Sequence record: MK327933.1
Strand: one strand, 5' to 3'
DNA length: 64,000 bases
Origin: Escherichia phage vB_EcoM_G2285
Of this stretch, positions 43,471 to 54,524 are shown in pieces. The notes under the pieces are model-generated. The model worked only from the letters and a program-made list of their open reading frames with translations, was not told where the DNA came from and ran no database searches. Made by a program: the position numbers and the translations under genes. How positions within the stretch are numbered: the first letter of the stretch is position 1; every line of letters starts with the position of its first letter.

Positions 43471-44754
43471 ATGAGTAAAATCCAAAAATTATTGCGTGAA
43501 TCTACAACGTCTACTAGCAACTCAATTGGTCGCCCAAATCTCGTTGCTTTGACTCGCGCTACGACTAAATTAATATATTCTGACATTGTAGCAACACAAA
43601 GAACTAATCAACCTGTTGCTGCTTTTTATGGTATCAAATATCTTAACCCAGACAATGAATTTACATTTAAAACTGGTGCTACTTATGCTGGCGAAGTTGG
43701 ATATGTAGACCGAGAAAAAATTACTGAACTCACAGAAGAATCAAAAGTCACACTAAATAAAGGTGATTTTTTCAAATATAATAATATCGTTTATAAGGTG
43801 TTAGAAGATACACCATTTGCAGATATTCGAGAAAGTGATCTAGAATTAGCTCTTCAGATTGCAGTCGTTCATTTAAAGGTACGGTTATTTTCAGATGCAG
43901 CGGTAACAAGCAAATTTGAAAGCTCTGATAGCGAAATTTCTGATGCAAGATTCCAGATTAATAAATGGCAAACTTCAGTCAAATCTCGTAAACTTAAAAC
44001 CGGCCTCACGGTTGAATTAGCGCAAGATTTGGAAGCGAATGGATTTGATGCCCCTAACTTCTTAGAGGATTTGCTTGCTACTGAAATGGCTGATGAAATT
44101 AATAAAGATATTCTTCAGTCTTTAATTACTGTATCGAAACGTTATAAAGTTACTGGAATTACTGACACCGGATTTATTGACTTGAGCTATGCATCCGCTC
44201 CAGAAGCAGGTCGTTCATTATATCGAATGGTGTGTGAAATGGTATCACACATTCAAAAAGAGACAACTTATACTGCAACGTTTTGTGTAGCCTCAGCTCG
44301 TGCAGCTGCTATTCTTGCTGCTTCTGGTTGGTTAAAACATAAGCCAGAAGATGACAAGTATCTTTCACAAAATGCTTATGGATTCTTGGCAAATGGATTA
44401 CCTCTTTACTGCGATACCAACAGTCCATTAGATTATGTTATTGTGGGTGTTGTAGAAAATATCGGCGAAAAAGAAATTGTAGGGTCCATCTTTTATGCTC
44501 CATACACTGAAGGAGTAGATTTAGATGACCCGGAACATGTCGGTGCTTTTAAAGTTGTAGTTGATCCAGAAAGCTTGCAACCGTCTATCGGATTATTGGT
44601 TAGATATGCTTTATCAGCAAATCCTTACACAGTAGCAAAAGATGAAAAAGAAGCGAGAATAATTGATGGCGGGGACATGGATAAAATGGCAGGACGTTCA
44701 GACTTGTCTGTTTTACTCGGTGTTAAGCTACCAAAAATTATCATTGATGAATAA
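43471..44754 (+). CDS. 24: capsid vertex protein gp24
   Basis: 427 aa, same length as T4 gp24; gp23 paralog. Confidence 0.95.
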   Translation: MSKIQKLLRESTTSTSNSIGRPNLVALTRATTKLIYSDIVATQRTNQPVAAFYGIKYLNPDNEFTFKTGATYAGEVGYVDREKITELTEESKVTLNKGDFFKYNNIVYKVLEDTPFADIRESDLELALQIAVVHLKVRLFSDAAVTSKFESSDSEISDARFQINKWQTSVKSRKLKTGLTVELAQDLEANGFDAPNFLEDLLATEMADEINKDILQSLITVSKRYKVTGITDTGFIDLSYASAPEAGRSLYRMVCEMVSHIQKETTYTATFCVASARAAAILAASGWLKHKPEDDKYLSQNAYGFLANGLPLYCDTNSPLDYVIVGVVENIGEKEIVGSIFYAPYTEGVDLDDPEHVGAFKVVVDPESLQPSIGLLVRYALSANPYTVAKDEKEARIIDGGDMDKMAGRSDLSVLLGVKLPKIIIDE

Positions 44755-44781
44755 AACAAAGGGACCTTACGGTCCCTTTTT
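44753..44781. terminator. bidirectional rho-independent terminator between gene 24 and rnlB
   Basis: GGGACC-TTAC-GGTCCC hairpin flanked by A-run upstream and TTTTT downstream. Confidence 0.7.
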
Positions 44782-44783
44782 CG

Positions 44784-45782
44784 TTATGATACTAATTCAA
44801 TCCATGCAGGACGCAGAACATCTTGCACCATTCGGACTAATTCTTTCTTAACAAGATTCGGATTATCAGATGATGTTAATACAATACCTTCGCGAGAAGT
44901 TTCTTCCAGAATATCTTGAACAGTCAATCCCATCACTTTGCCAAAATCTTTTGGCGTTACATCCCCAATCTTAGAAATCACATTATTAACACGATTTAAT
45001 GTAACATAGCAAGCTAGAACATCAAGCAAGTTTTTGTCAATTTCGGTTAATGGAACCTGAGTTTTAATAGGCTTATCAGACTTTTTCTTTTCACTGAATT
45101 TAGAGTTCTTGCACTTAATAGCTACACGAGTACCGTTTGGCAGCCATTTAGGGAAACAAGGCTTCAGAACATAACCTTCTGCTGTATTATTGCCAATAAC
45201 ATTAGCATCAAATACGCAATTATTTGCTTCGACAAGGTCTTCTGACGCAGTAGCATTATAAGCGGCTAAGACGGAATCAAGGTCGTTTGGAATCGTGATA
45301 AGAGAATCAAATGTTCCACGTCCAAGCATTGGTGCCATTTTAAAACCGAATTCATTACAGAAATCTTGCATTTCGTAATCGGTCAAATACGTATTATCAC
45401 CACTTTCTGTATTGATAAGGATATCGAACACATAAAAATCTTTTTCACCGTAGTCAACACCTTTCTGGATTCCACCACCAGCGAATTCACCAAAGACCTG
45501 ATATGATACAGCTCGAGAACTACCCATTACTTCTTGAACGTTTTTAATAGCCTTATCATACTTCTTGAGTACAATTTCATAACCATAAAAATCTTCTGCT
45601 GGAAGAATAGGGCCTGTGCGCTTGGCGCATGTGACGTTGTCACGTTCAATTATTAACGAGAAGTTGGTCCCATGGATTTTCTCACGTGCTACCCAAACAC
45701 CAGTAGACAAACCATTAGTGTAGAGTTTTTCAATAAACTTAGAGTTATAGTGGTTTTCAAGACTGCTGTATTTCTTAAACAT
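44784..45782 (-). CDS. rnlB: RNA ligase 2 (RnlB)
   Basis: 332 aa; nucleotidyltransferase motif KIHGTN; synteny after gene 24. Confidence 0.9.
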   Translation of the reverse strand: MFKKYSSLENHYNSKFIEKLYTNGLSTGVWVAREKIHGTNFSLIIERDNVTCAKRTGPILPAEDFYGYEIVLKKYDKAIKNVQEVMGSSRAVSYQVFGEFAGGGIQKGVDYGEKDFYVFDILINTESGDNTYLTDYEMQDFCNEFGFKMAPMLGRGTFDSLITIPNDLDSVLAAYNATASEDLVEANNCVFDANVIGNNTAEGYVLKPCFPKWLPNGTRVAIKCKNSKFSEKKKSDKPIKTQVPLTEIDKNLLDVLACYVTLNRVNNVISKIGDVTPKDFGKVMGLTVQDILEETSREGIVLTSSDNPNLVKKELVRMVQDVLRPAWIELVS

Positions 45783-45873
45783 AAATCACCATTATAAATA
45801 ATAATATCAAAATAATTAGCAGAGACTCTATCTCTGGCCCAATGTTTAATTTGAATGGATAGAACCTAGATTC

Positions 45874-45899
45874 ATTATACCATCAAAAAATGTAAAGCA
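45874..45899 (-). promoter_or_regulatory. candidate T4 middle promoter (MotA box TGCTTTA plus TATAAT) upstream of rnlB
   Basis: Minus strand atatGCTTTAcattttttgatggTATAATgaa. Confidence 0.4.
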
Positions 45900-45901
45900 T
45901 A

Positions 45902-46153
45902 TTAGAACTTGATTTCTATCCAGCGCCCATCACGCTGGTCGTGATTAATTTTGTACTGAAAGCCATTATCACGTAACCACTGCCCGACTTGCTCGGTGAT
46001 AGTTAAATCATTCTTTGACGGGTAGTACGTGAATTGTGTCTGGCCTTTGTCAGCGGCTTTCTCTGCCATCGCAGAGAAGTTAGTAATAAAATCACTCAAC
46101 AAATTAGCTTTAGTGGCCAGAGCCCTTTCTCTTAATTCCTGTGCAAAACTCAT
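45902..46153 (-). CDS. hypothetical protein (83 aa)
   Basis: ORF track; position equivalent to T4 24.2/24.3. Confidence 0.5.
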   Translation of the reverse strand: MSFAQELRERALATKANLLSDFITNFSAMAEKAADKGQTQFTYYPSKNDLTITEQVGQWLRDNGFQYKINHDQRDGRWIEIKF

Positions 46154-46350
46154 TTCTTCACCTTTTTGTTAATCAAACGTTTACGGTATACAACTTTTTC
46201 TTTTGCTTTAAACTTTGACCGAGCTATCTCGGCTTTAGTCCATAGTAATCCAACTTCTTTAGGTTGTAAACCAATTTTTTGAGCAATTTCTACGAATGAA
46301 AATCCCGCCTCATGTAATGTATAAACTTCAACTTCAGCTCTCATAATCAA
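46150..46350 (-). CDS. hypothetical basic protein (66 aa), possible helix-turn-helix
   Basis: ORF track; Lys/Arg-rich C-terminus. Confidence 0.45.
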   Translation of the reverse strand: MIMRAEVEVYTLHEAGFSFVEIAQKIGLQPKEVGLLWTKAEIARSKFKAKEKVVYRKRLINKKVKK

Positions 46351-46413
46351 TCCCGTACTATTTGGTTTGTGCCATTATATACATTAATCTCAAGTTGTGT
46401 TTTGTATGCTTTA

Positions 46414-46439
46414 AAAACGAAGAAAGGGGCCGAAGCCCC
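46414..46439 (-). terminator. rho-independent terminator downstream of hoc
   Basis: Minus strand GGGGC-TTCG-GCCCC followed by TTTCTTCGTTTTT. Confidence 0.65.
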
Positions 46440-46445
46440 TTACGA

Positions 46446-47576
46446 TTATGGATATGTATAGATGATACCAGTTTCCAAAGCAGTTTTATGGATGATGTAT
46501 CCATTACGTGATTCTTGAACATCAACTTCTGGATAGTCTTTCAACATCTTCTGAAGAGTGTAACGATGCAGGTAGTATTTACTATCCGGATCTTCAGTTT
46601 TCCAATCTTTACCTTCTTCAGTCATTTTTTGTATTTCATCCATAACCCACCAACCGCACCAGATGTAAGCTGAAGTACGATGTGGAAGAGGATGAACATA
46701 AGGTAATTCACCTTCTGGTTCTGGAGCAACTTTATCAGTTACCTGAACTTGACCTTCCGCTGTAATAGTTTTGCTATCATAATCAGTAGCAGTAACAGTA
46801 GCAGTAACTTCAATAGTTTGACTTCCAATAGATGAGGTATCAACGGTATATACATTAGTTGACCCTTCTACAGGAGAAGAATCTTTCTTCCATGAATACG
46901 TAATTTGCGCTTCTTCTGGAGCATCCGTAACATTAGCCGTAAATGTAGCTGAAGCATCTTGCTGAACGTTAATAGAAGGAGGAGTCAATGTAACCTGTGG
47001 ATTCATTGTCTTCTTATTAACCGTTAATGATACTTCATTCGAAGTAACTTCCTTTGCATCATAATCTGTCGCGGTTACTTGGGCTACACATTTAATTCTT
47101 TTTACTCCACTTGTAGTTGGAGTATAGCTAAATGTAGAGTTAGTTTCTCCACCAACCTGTGAATCATCTACATACCATTGATAAGTAGCGTTTGCGCCCG
47201 ATGGCTGCGAAGCTAAAGCGGCAGTAAATTCAATAGCTGTTCCGATTACTCCAGCTGAAGGGCTATTAGGAGTTACGGCTAAGGTAGTCGACTGTGTCTT
47301 ATTTTTAACTGTGATAGTTGTTGTCGCTTCAGCCGTTTCCGGGCCTCCTTCAGAAAGTGTATTTGTTGCAACAACTTTAATTGTTTTTGTTCCAGCAGGT
47401 CCTTTTAACACATAATCAAAAGTTTCTGCCGATCCTACTTGAGGAGCATCGTCTACACTCCATGCATAGGTAATAGTTCCGCCTCCAGTTTCACCACTGG
47501 GTGTAGCAGTAAACTGCTGAGTCTGATCTATAACTCCGGTAGGTGTTTTAGGAGTTATATCAACTGTAAAAGCCAT
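46446..47576 (-). CDS. hoc: head outer capsid protein Hoc (Ig-like domains)
   Basis: 376 aa, same as T4 Hoc; repeated Thr/Val-rich Ig-like segments. Confidence 0.9.
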   Translation of the reverse strand: MAFTVDITPKTPTGVIDQTQQFTATPSGETGGGTITYAWSVDDAPQVGSAETFDYVLKGPAGTKTIKVVATNTLSEGGPETAEATTTITVKNKTQSTTLAVTPNSPSAGVIGTAIEFTAALASQPSGANATYQWYVDDSQVGGETNSTFSYTPTTSGVKRIKCVAQVTATDYDAKEVTSNEVSLTVNKKTMNPQVTLTPPSINVQQDASATFTANVTDAPEEAQITYSWKKDSSPVEGSTNVYTVDTSSIGSQTIEVTATVTATDYDSKTITAEGQVQVTDKVAPEPEGELPYVHPLPHRTSAYIWCGWWVMDEIQKMTEEGKDWKTEDPDSKYYLHRYTLQKMLKDYPEVDVQESRNGYIIHKTALETGIIYTYP

Positions 47577-47585
47577 AAGTTATCC

Positions 47586-48254
47586 TTATTTTAATGTTAC
47601 GAAAGAAGAATTGCGTGTTTCACGAATTAAAACTGATCCATCGCGATTAATATAATAAATTAAGCTAAATAATGTTTGGTGAGCAGAAGCGTGCACAAAA
47701 CTAGTTGGGCGAGATTTCCAATCTGGGGTTTCGGCTATCCATTGATAAATCCACCAAGGAACAGTAACATATCCTGGGCCTTTGCCTAATTTAATGAGTG
47801 TAGGACTAAAATTTTCAGGCAGAACAAATTTTACTTCTTTATTTACCTCTGTCTCAGGCTCTTTTTCAGATTCAATAACCTGAGTAATTGCTTCTTCGAA
47901 TTTATCATGGTCGAATTCTTTTTCTTGTTCGACAACTTCTAATACTTCAACTTGTTCTGTTGGAGAATCAAACAACAGAATAGCTTCTTCTTTAACTTCT
48001 TCGTTGGTGAAATTAACACCGTCCACATCATCTGCGGCAGTAATTAAATCGGTGATAGATAATCCATCAGTTTCAGGTAATGGTTCATCAGCCAGTGCGT
48101 TAAGAGCTTCTTCGATATCAATAACAATATTATCGAATGATTTTGTTTTCTTAACACTAATGCCAAATTGTTTCGCATATTCGAACAGTTTAGCTTTGGC
48201 TTCCTTTTTATCAGAAAGAGCACGTAACTCTTCAATATAGTCTTTATCGATCAT
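47586..48254 (-). CDS. inh: inhibitor of prohead protease Inh
   Basis: 222 aa acidic protein; synteny hoc-inh-uvsW. Confidence 0.8.
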   Translation of the reverse strand: MIDKDYIEELRALSDKKEAKAKLFEYAKQFGISVKKTKSFDNIVIDIEEALNALADEPLPETDGLSITDLITAADDVDGVNFTNEEVKEEAILLFDSPTEQVEVLEVVEQEKEFDHDKFEEAITQVIESEKEPETEVNKEVKFVLPENFSPTLIKLGKGPGYVTVPWWIYQWIAETPDWKSRPTSFVHASAHQTLFSLIYYINRDGSVLIRETRNSSFVTLK

Positions 48255-48304
48255 GATATTTCCTCATTATAAATATAACTATATTTATTACATGGTAATT
48301 TGAC

Positions 48305-49819
48305 ATGACTGACATTAAAGTACATTTTTATGATTTTAGTCACGTGCGCATTGAATGCGACGAAAGTACGTTTTACGAACTTCGTGACTTTTTTAGCTTT
48401 GAAGCTGACGGGTATAAATTTAACCCAAAATATCGCTATGGGAACTGGGATGGTAGAATTCGACTTTTAGATTACAATCGTTTGTTACCATATGGACTTG
48501 TAGGACAAATAAAAAAGTTCTGTAACAATATGAGTTATTCTGTATGGATTGACCCTAAAATCTTTGAGACCGAAGACCTTACCAGGGAAGATTTTGACGC
48601 ATGGCTTTCTAAACAAGAAATTTATTCAGGCAACGCCAAAATCGAACCGCATTGGTATCAAAAAGATGCAGTATATGAAGGACTAGTTAATCGTCGTCGA
48701 ATTTTAAACCTTCCGACATCAGCAGGTAAATCACTAATCCAAGCACTTTTAGCTCGGTATTATCTAGAGAACTATGAAGGTAAAATTCTCATTATCGTCC
48801 CTACAACAGCATTGACAACCCAGATGGCTAATGATTTTGTTGATTATCGCTTGTTTAGTCATTCGATGATTAAGAAAATTGGCGGTGGTGCTGATAAAGC
48901 GGACAGAGCTAAAAACGACGCTCCAATTATTGTTGGCACATGGCAAACAGTAGTTAAGCAGCCTAAAGAATGGTTCTCTCAGTTCGGTATGATGATGAAC
49001 GATGAATGCCACTTAGCAACAGGCAAAAGTATTTCTTCAATCATCTCAGGATTAAATAATTGCATGTTTAAATTCGGTTTATCCGGCTCATTAAGAGACG
49101 GAAAAGCCAATGTAATGCAGTACGTAGGTATGTTCGGTGAAATCTTCCGTCCTGTTAGCACGTCTAAATTAATGGAAGATGGACAGGTAACTGAGCTTAA
49201 GATTAATAGTATTTTCCTTCGTTATCCGGACGAATTCACCATTAAATTAAAAGGTAAAACATACCAAGAAGAAGTTAAAATTATTACCGGACTAAAACGA
49301 CGTACAAAGTGGATTGCTCAACTTTCAGTCAAATTGGCTAAGAAAGACGAGAACGCCTTTGTAATGTTTAAACACGTTACACACGGTAAAGAAATATTTG
49401 AAGCTATTAAAGAGCTTGGATACGAAAAAGTTTATTACGTATCAGGTGAAGTTGATACCGAAACACGTAACGCGCTTAAAGTCATGGCAGAAAATGGTAA
49501 AGGCATTATTATTGTCGCATCATATGGAGTATTCTCTACTGGTATTTCAGTCAAGAATCTTCATCATGTTATTTTTGCCCATGGTGTTAAATCAAAAATT
49601 ATCGTACTTCAAACCGTAGGTCGCGTGCTTCGTAAGCATGGTTCTAAAGCTGTTGCTACAGTTTGGGATCTCATCGATGACGCAGGTGTAAAACCTAAAT
49701 CATTAAATACTAAAAAGAAGTATACTCATCTTAATTACTTGTTAAAACACGGTATTGATCGTATCCAACGTTACGCTGATGAGAAATTTAACTATGTAAT
49801 GAAAACAATTAATTTATAA
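48305..49819 (+). CDS. uvsW: UvsW ATP-dependent DNA/RNA helicase
   Basis: 504 aa; Walker A LPTSAGKS, DECH box; synteny. Confidence 0.95.
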   Translation: MTDIKVHFYDFSHVRIECDESTFYELRDFFSFEADGYKFNPKYRYGNWDGRIRLLDYNRLLPYGLVGQIKKFCNNMSYSVWIDPKIFETEDLTREDFDAWLSKQEIYSGNAKIEPHWYQKDAVYEGLVNRRRILNLPTSAGKSLIQALLARYYLENYEGKILIIVPTTALTTQMANDFVDYRLFSHSMIKKIGGGADKADRAKNDAPIIVGTWQTVVKQPKEWFSQFGMMMNDECHLATGKSISSIISGLNNCMFKFGLSGSLRDGKANVMQYVGMFGEIFRPVSTSKLMEDGQVTELKINSIFLRYPDEFTIKLKGKTYQEEVKIITGLKRRTKWIAQLSVKLAKKDENAFVMFKHVTHGKEIFEAIKELGYEKVYYVSGEVDTETRNALKVMAENGKGIIIVASYGVFSTGISVKNLHHVIFAHGVKSKIIVLQTVGRVLRKHGSKAVATVWDLIDDAGVKPKSLNTKKKYTHLNYLLKHGIDRIQRYADEKFNYVMKTINL

Positions 49820-49844
49820 GGGCTTCGGCCCTTAGGAGATAAAA

Positions 49845-50075
49845 ATGGTACTTGAATTTAAACAATTTTTATACGAAGCATCTATTGACGAATTCATGGG
49901 TAAAATTGCTAGTTGTCATACCCTAGAAGGGCTTGAAGAATTGGAAGCTTATTATAAGAAACGTATAAAAGAAACGGAATTAAAAGATACAGATGATATT
50001 TCTGTCAGGGATGCCTTAGCAGGTAAGCGTGCCGAACTTGAAGGCGATGATGAGGATGAGGAAGAAGACTTCTAA
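49845..50075 (+). CDS. uvsW.1: UvsW.1 small acidic protein
   Basis: 76 aa; separated from uvsW by stop, GGGCTTCGGCCC hairpin and SD AGGAG. Confidence 0.8.
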   Translation: MVLEFKQFLYEASIDEFMGKIASCHTLEGLEELEAYYKKRIKETELKDTDDISVRDALAGKRAELEGDDEDEEEDF

Positions 50076-50078
50076 TTA

Positions 50079-50107
50079 AAAAAAGGCCCGACCTTTTTGG
50101 AAGGGCC
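50079..50107. terminator. terminator hairpin (mainly minus-strand: stem plus 7 U) between uvsW.1 and uvsY.-2
   Basis: Minus strand GGCCCttccaaaaaggtcGGGCC followed by TTTTTTT. Confidence 0.55.
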
Positions 50108-50132
50108 AAAAACCATAGGCAAAAAGGTAACA

Positions 50133-50300
50133 CTATAGTAAAAGTTGGGTTTCGTTCAATTGCTCTTCTGAACTTTCTGAAACCGGCAATTGTTGGACAT
50201 AATTATAACAAGGACCAGGATGTGCTGGGCCTTTGTCTGTTTCAACAACCAATGCAGAATCGATTGGAGTTTTACAGACAACACAAATCTTATCTGACAT
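50133..50300 (-). CDS. UvsY.-2-like small Cys-rich protein (55 aa)
   Basis: Hand translation MSDKICVVCKTPIDSALVVETDKGPAHPGPCYNY...; below ORF-track length cutoff. Confidence 0.6.
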   Translation of the reverse strand: MSDKICVVCKTPIDSALVVETDKGPAHPGPCYNYVQQLPVSESSEEQLNETQLLL

Positions 50301-50332
50301 GATTGCCTCCTAAGTTGAAATTACATATCTAT

Positions 50333-50557
50333 TTATACAACTCTCATATGCATATCAATGCCCATATCTTTAGAATAAAAATATTCATCAAGATATCCGG
50401 CAAATTTTCCTTTAATATAAAGGACGTCTTCACCACACGGGTGGTTCGCCAGAATACGAATATCCTGACGACGTAGACGATACTTTTCCATTAAGAATTT
50501 AATTTCAGTTTCAAATTCTTCGTCATTATTAAAGGCATCTTCAATTGAATAACGCAT
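50333..50557 (-). CDS. UvsY.-1-like protein (74 aa)
   Basis: ORF track; synteny. Confidence 0.6.
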   Translation of the reverse strand: MRYSIEDAFNNDEEFETEIKFLMEKYRLRRQDIRILANHPCGEDVLYIKGKFAGYLDEYFYSKDMGIDMHMRVV

Positions 50558-50970
50558 TATTGCCCCGCTTCAAATTCTCGCATATCCTGGATATGTTTAA
50601 GTGCAAAACTACGAGACTTAACTGCGTCAAGTGCACCACTACAGAACTCAAGTAAAATTCCCCAGTATTGTAAAGTAGTCTCTATTTTAAGCACATCTTT
50701 ATCTGCAGCCAGGACAGTTTTCATTTCAGATTTCTCATATCGGTCCATACTGAATTCATCACCATCACCTCGTCCCGAGTAGTAGTCTAATCTTGCTTTT
50801 AGAGCAGTTTTCTTCTGAGTCTCTACACGCAACATTTCTTTACGAATAAATGAGTGCTTACGTAGCCATTTGCTGTATAACTTAACATTATTCGCCGTCT
50901 CATATTGCAACTTTGTCGTATCAATAGCTAAGTCTGCGTCTAACTCTTCCTGTAAATCTTCCAGCTTCAT
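50557..50970 (-). CDS. uvsY: UvsY recombination mediator protein
   Basis: 137 aa as in T4 UvsY; synteny. Confidence 0.9.
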   Translation of the reverse strand: MKLEDLQEELDADLAIDTTKLQYETANNVKLYSKWLRKHSFIRKEMLRVETQKKTALKARLDYYSGRGDGDEFSMDRYEKSEMKTVLAADKDVLKIETTLQYWGILLEFCSGALDAVKSRSFALKHIQDMREFEAGQ

Positions 50971-51049
50971 AATATTCTCTCTTTAACTAATAATCTCCCG
51001 GCTGTATCGGAAGGACCTAAAACCATTATACATAGGTTGCCTTGAAGCA

Positions 51050-51448
51050 TTACACTCTATTGCTTGACGCTAACTGAAGTTTAATTTGTTCAATATCGTC
51101 AGGGTTGTCTACGACTGAAAATCTAATCTCTACTATAACAGTATAGTCATCATATACTGGCGTTACACTTACAGAAAGTTTGTCGATGCGTGGCTCATAG
51201 TTACGAACAGCCGCCTGGATATTACGCTCAATCGTATCGGCTGTAAGTGGTGTCATGTTCTCGAAAAGTTCGTCGACCAAATCGCATCCAAATTCAGGGT
51301 CGAAGGGGCGTGAGCCTTTTCTAGTTGTCACTATACCAAGAAGACTATTTTTAATAGAACGAAGTCCTACAGAACGAGCAACGTCCTTGTTCCAATCCAT
51401 ACGCATTTCTGGGTCGATATCTGAATAAAGTTTATTGATATTAGACAT
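51050..51448 (-). CDS. 25: baseplate wedge subunit gp25
   Basis: 132 aa as in T4 gp25; synteny. Confidence 0.9.
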   Translation of the reverse strand: MSNINKLYSDIDPEMRMDWNKDVARSVGLRSIKNSLLGIVTTRKGSRPFDPEFGCDLVDELFENMTPLTADTIERNIQAAVRNYEPRIDKLSVSVTPVYDDYTVIVEIRFSVVDNPDDIEQIKLQLASSNRV

Positions 51449-52074
51449 TATAGTAACTCAAAGAATTCTTTGAGGCCTCGTATTGTGTGAACGTGTGACG
51501 CCCCACATTTGGGACATTTAATAGGGGTTGCTAGATAAATTGATGGTGATACTAAAAGATTTTTAATATTGATCATGTCATCTTCTGTTATAAGGCCGTA
51601 AAGGTCGTTTATTTCTGCTTCAGTTAAATCTTCAACAGGGATGGACTCTCCATTGACAAAAACGGCCTCAATACATGAAGCAATCATTAATGCGATATTT
51701 TTATCGTCAAATAATTTAGGTTGTCGGAACTTAATTTTAATACCGCTGAACGAATACCAGGGATCGGCCTGTTCATCTAATTGAGTGTGCAATAAATTCA
51801 TATAGACTTGAAATGAATGCCCACAGGAACAATTCCAGGTGTGTTCTTGATTCACTTCACCTAATGAATGTGCCCACAGATTTACCAACAATAGCTCTGC
51901 TTCTTGTTTAGTCAAGTTTTTAGCATTAGAGCAATTAGTGATAATATTGTTCACTGCGGATTCAATAGTACCGGTAGCCCGCGCACCTATGAGTCCTAAA
52001 TATTCTTTTAAAGTAAAGGCTCTACAATTCACTTCTTTATCGCCTAAACGTACGGTAAACGTATATTTGTACAT
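51448..52074 (-). CDS. 26: baseplate hub subunit gp26
   Basis: 208 aa; synteny. Confidence 0.85.
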   Translation of the reverse strand: MYKYTFTVRLGDKEVNCRAFTLKEYLGLIGARATGTIESAVNNIITNCSNAKNLTKQEAELLLVNLWAHSLGEVNQEHTWNCSCGHSFQVYMNLLHTQLDEQADPWYSFSGIKIKFRQPKLFDDKNIALMIASCIEAVFVNGESIPVEDLTEAEINDLYGLITEDDMINIKNLLVSPSIYLATPIKCPKCGASHVHTIRGLKEFFELL

Positions 52075-52121
52075 GTTAACTCCTTTATTGTGTATTTATA
52101 AATAATAGAAAAGGAGTAATT

Positions 52122-52874
52122 ATGGCTAATATAATTCGTTGTAAATTACCGGATGGTGTTCATCGTTTTAAGCCGTTCACCGTGGCGGATTATAGAGACT
52201 TTTTACTAGTTAGAAATGATATCGAACATCGTTCGCCACAAGAACAAAAAGAAATAATTGCCGATCTGATTGATGATTATTTTAACGAATACCCTAAAAC
52301 ATGGCAACCATTTATATTCCTGCAAGTTTTTGCAGGCTCTATAGGCAAAACAAAAGTTCCCGTTATTTTCACTTGCCCTAAATGCTCTAAAGAAAAAACT
52401 GCACCATTTGAGATATATCAAAAAGAACTAGTCGAACCTGAACTTGATGTTGCTGGTATAAAAATACGTTTTTCTTTCCCTGAAAAGTTTTATGACAACA
52501 AAGCATTAATGATAAGTGAAAACATAAAAGAAATATATTATAATGATGAATGGTATCCATGGAATGATTTGACTGAAGAGAACCAAATCCAAGTAATAGA
52601 AGCAATAGACATTGACTCGCTCGAGAAGGTTATTGCTTCTATGAACCCTATTAATTTGACCCTTAGATTAGGTTGTTGTGAACATCATGTTAAAACATAT
52701 ACTGACATCTTAGAGGTTTTTAAATTGTTAGTTAACCCTGATGAGATTTTTACATTCTATCAGATAAACCATTCACTAGTAAAGAGTCAATACACATTGG
52801 ATTCTATTATGCAAATGATTCCTGTTGAACGTGGTATTGCTTTAACATTAGTAGAAAAGGACCATAAAAAATGA
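52122..52874 (+). CDS. 51: baseplate hub assembly catalyst gp51
   Basis: 250 aa; synteny. Confidence 0.85.
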   Translation: MANIIRCKLPDGVHRFKPFTVADYRDFLLVRNDIEHRSPQEQKEIIADLIDDYFNEYPKTWQPFIFLQVFAGSIGKTKVPVIFTCPKCSKEKTAPFEIYQKELVEPELDVAGIKIRFSFPEKFYDNKALMISENIKEIYYNDEWYPWNDLTEENQIQVIEAIDIDSLEKVIASMNPINLTLRLGCCEHHVKTYTDILEVFKLLVNPDEIFTFYQINHSLVKSQYTLDSIMQMIPVERGIALTLVEKDHKK

Positions 52875-54043
52875 CAGTATTCCAACGTCCAGGATATCCT
52901 AACTTAAGCGTTAAATTATACCAAGATTATTCGGCTTGGCAAGAAAATAGATACGTTGAACTCGCGGCAACAATAACAACTTTAACCATGCGAGATTCAC
53001 TATATGGAAGAAATGAAGGGATTCTTCAATTTTATGACACTAAAAACATCCACACTAAAATGGATGGTAGACAGATAGTTCAAATCTCTGTTTCAAATTC
53101 AAACACGCCTCTCCAAGTTAGAACTCGAATTTATGGATGTAGACATTATTCTGTGTCTGTGGACTCAAAAGGCGACAATATTATTGCAATTGAGCTTGGA
53201 ACAATACATTCTATAGAGAACCTTAAATTTGGGCGTCCATTCTTCCCAGACGCAGGCGAATCTATACGTGAAATGTTAGGTGTCATATACAAAGATCGTG
53301 CGTTAATTACTCCGCCAATAAACACTATTAATGCTTATGTTCCTGATATCCCTTGGACAAGCACATTTGATGATTATTTGGCATATGTCAGAGAATTAGG
53401 ACTTGCTACAGCGAGTGATAAGTTCGTATTCGTATGGCAAGATATTTTAGGCGTAAACATGATTGACTACGATACTCTTATTGGTCAGGAAGGCATTAAG
53501 ATGGTTGTAGGTGAGCCAAATACCGTAGGTCAGTATATTCAAGAGCTTGAGTATCCATTAGTATGGGATTTCACCTGGATGACTAAAGCCAACCAATTTA
53601 CAAGAGACCCTATTAAAAACGCCACAATATTTGCCCATTCATTTTTAGATACATCTATTCCGGTTATTGTTACAGGCGATGGTGATAATGCTATTCTTGT
53701 GTCAAGATCCGGTGGATATTCCGAAATGACCTATCGTAATGGATTTGAAGAAGCAAGTCGTCTTCAGACAATGGCTCAATATGACGGATATGCTAAATGC
53801 ACTACTACAGGTAATTTTAACATAACGCCTGCTACTAAAATTATATTTGTTGACCAAAAGAACCAATTCAAATCCGAATTTTACGTCGATGAAGTTATTC
53901 ATGAGTTATCAAATAACAACTCACAAACTCATCTGTACATGTTTACCAACTCAATGGTGTTAGAACCTGTTAACCCAGTTAAGGTTAAAAATGAACTTAA
54001 ATCTGATTCTACCTCTAAAGAAAATAATTCTACCACAGTCTAA
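52871..54043 (+). CDS. 27: baseplate hub subunit gp27
   Basis: 390 aa; synteny. Confidence 0.9.
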   Translation: MTVFQRPGYPNLSVKLYQDYSAWQENRYVELAATITTLTMRDSLYGRNEGILQFYDTKNIHTKMDGRQIVQISVSNSNTPLQVRTRIYGCRHYSVSVDSKGDNIIAIELGTIHSIENLKFGRPFFPDAGESIREMLGVIYKDRALITPPINTINAYVPDIPWTSTFDDYLAYVRELGLATASDKFVFVWQDILGVNMIDYDTLIGQEGIKMVVGEPNTVGQYIQELEYPLVWDFTWMTKANQFTRDPIKNATIFAHSFLDTSIPVIVTGDGDNAILVSRSGGYSEMTYRNGFEEASRLQTMAQYDGYAKCTTTGNFNITPATKIIFVDQKNQFKSEFYVDEVIHELSNNNSQTHLYMFTNSMVLEPVNPVKVKNELKSDSTSKENNSTTV

Positions 54044-54524
54044 TAAAAAGGTAATGATTCCCAAATTAGGGCTCAAACATTATAATCTTTTAAAGGACGT
54101 TAAAGGCCCTGATGAAAACATGAAAATCTTAGCTGATTCTATTTGTAAAAATATGAGTCCCGCCGATTTTGATTTTGCATGTCTACACATATTGGAATTT
54201 AATAACAAACTTAAGTCTGAAGTTGAAAAAGATGGATTCACTTATAAACTAGATGACGTCTATGTATGCCAACGAACAGAATTCCAATTCCAAGGTAATA
54301 CTTTTTATTTTAGACCCCCAGGCAAATTTGAACAATTCGCTACAATCAGTGAAATGCTATCAAATTGCTTAATAAAAGTTAATGACGAAGAGAAAGAAAT
54401 TTCTTTCCTTGAGATGCCTGCTTTTGTAATCAAATGGGCAGAAGACCTTTCGACAACTATTGCTATTCCAGGCCCTAATGGCCCTATTAAGGGTATAGCA
54501 GAAATTATTGGATTGCTTGAATGA
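53991..54524 (+). CDS. 28: baseplate hub distal subunit gp28
   Basis: 177 aa from ATG 53991 (SD AAGG); overlaps gene 27 end; alternative start 54054. Confidence 0.8.
   Translation: MNLNLILPLKKIILPQSNKKVMIPKLGLKHYNLLKDVKGPDENMKILADSICKNMSPADFDFACLHILEFNNKLKSEVEKDGFTYKLDDVYVCQRTEFQFQGNTFYFRPPGKFEQFATISEMLSNCLIKVNDEEKEISFLEMPAFVIKWAEDLSTTIAIPGPNGPIKGIAEIIGLLE

Noticed and set aside
45793-45800. Plus-strand TATAAATA upstream of rnlB start, as a late promoter
   Set aside because: It points antisense into minus-strand genes; could give antisense late RNA but there is no plus-strand gene downstream, so not annotated.
48305-50075. Possibility that uvsW and uvsW.1 are one frameshifted gene
   Set aside because: uvsW ends with a clean stop followed by a hairpin and an SD plus ATG for uvsW.1; as I recall T4 likewise has separate UvsW and UvsW.1 products.
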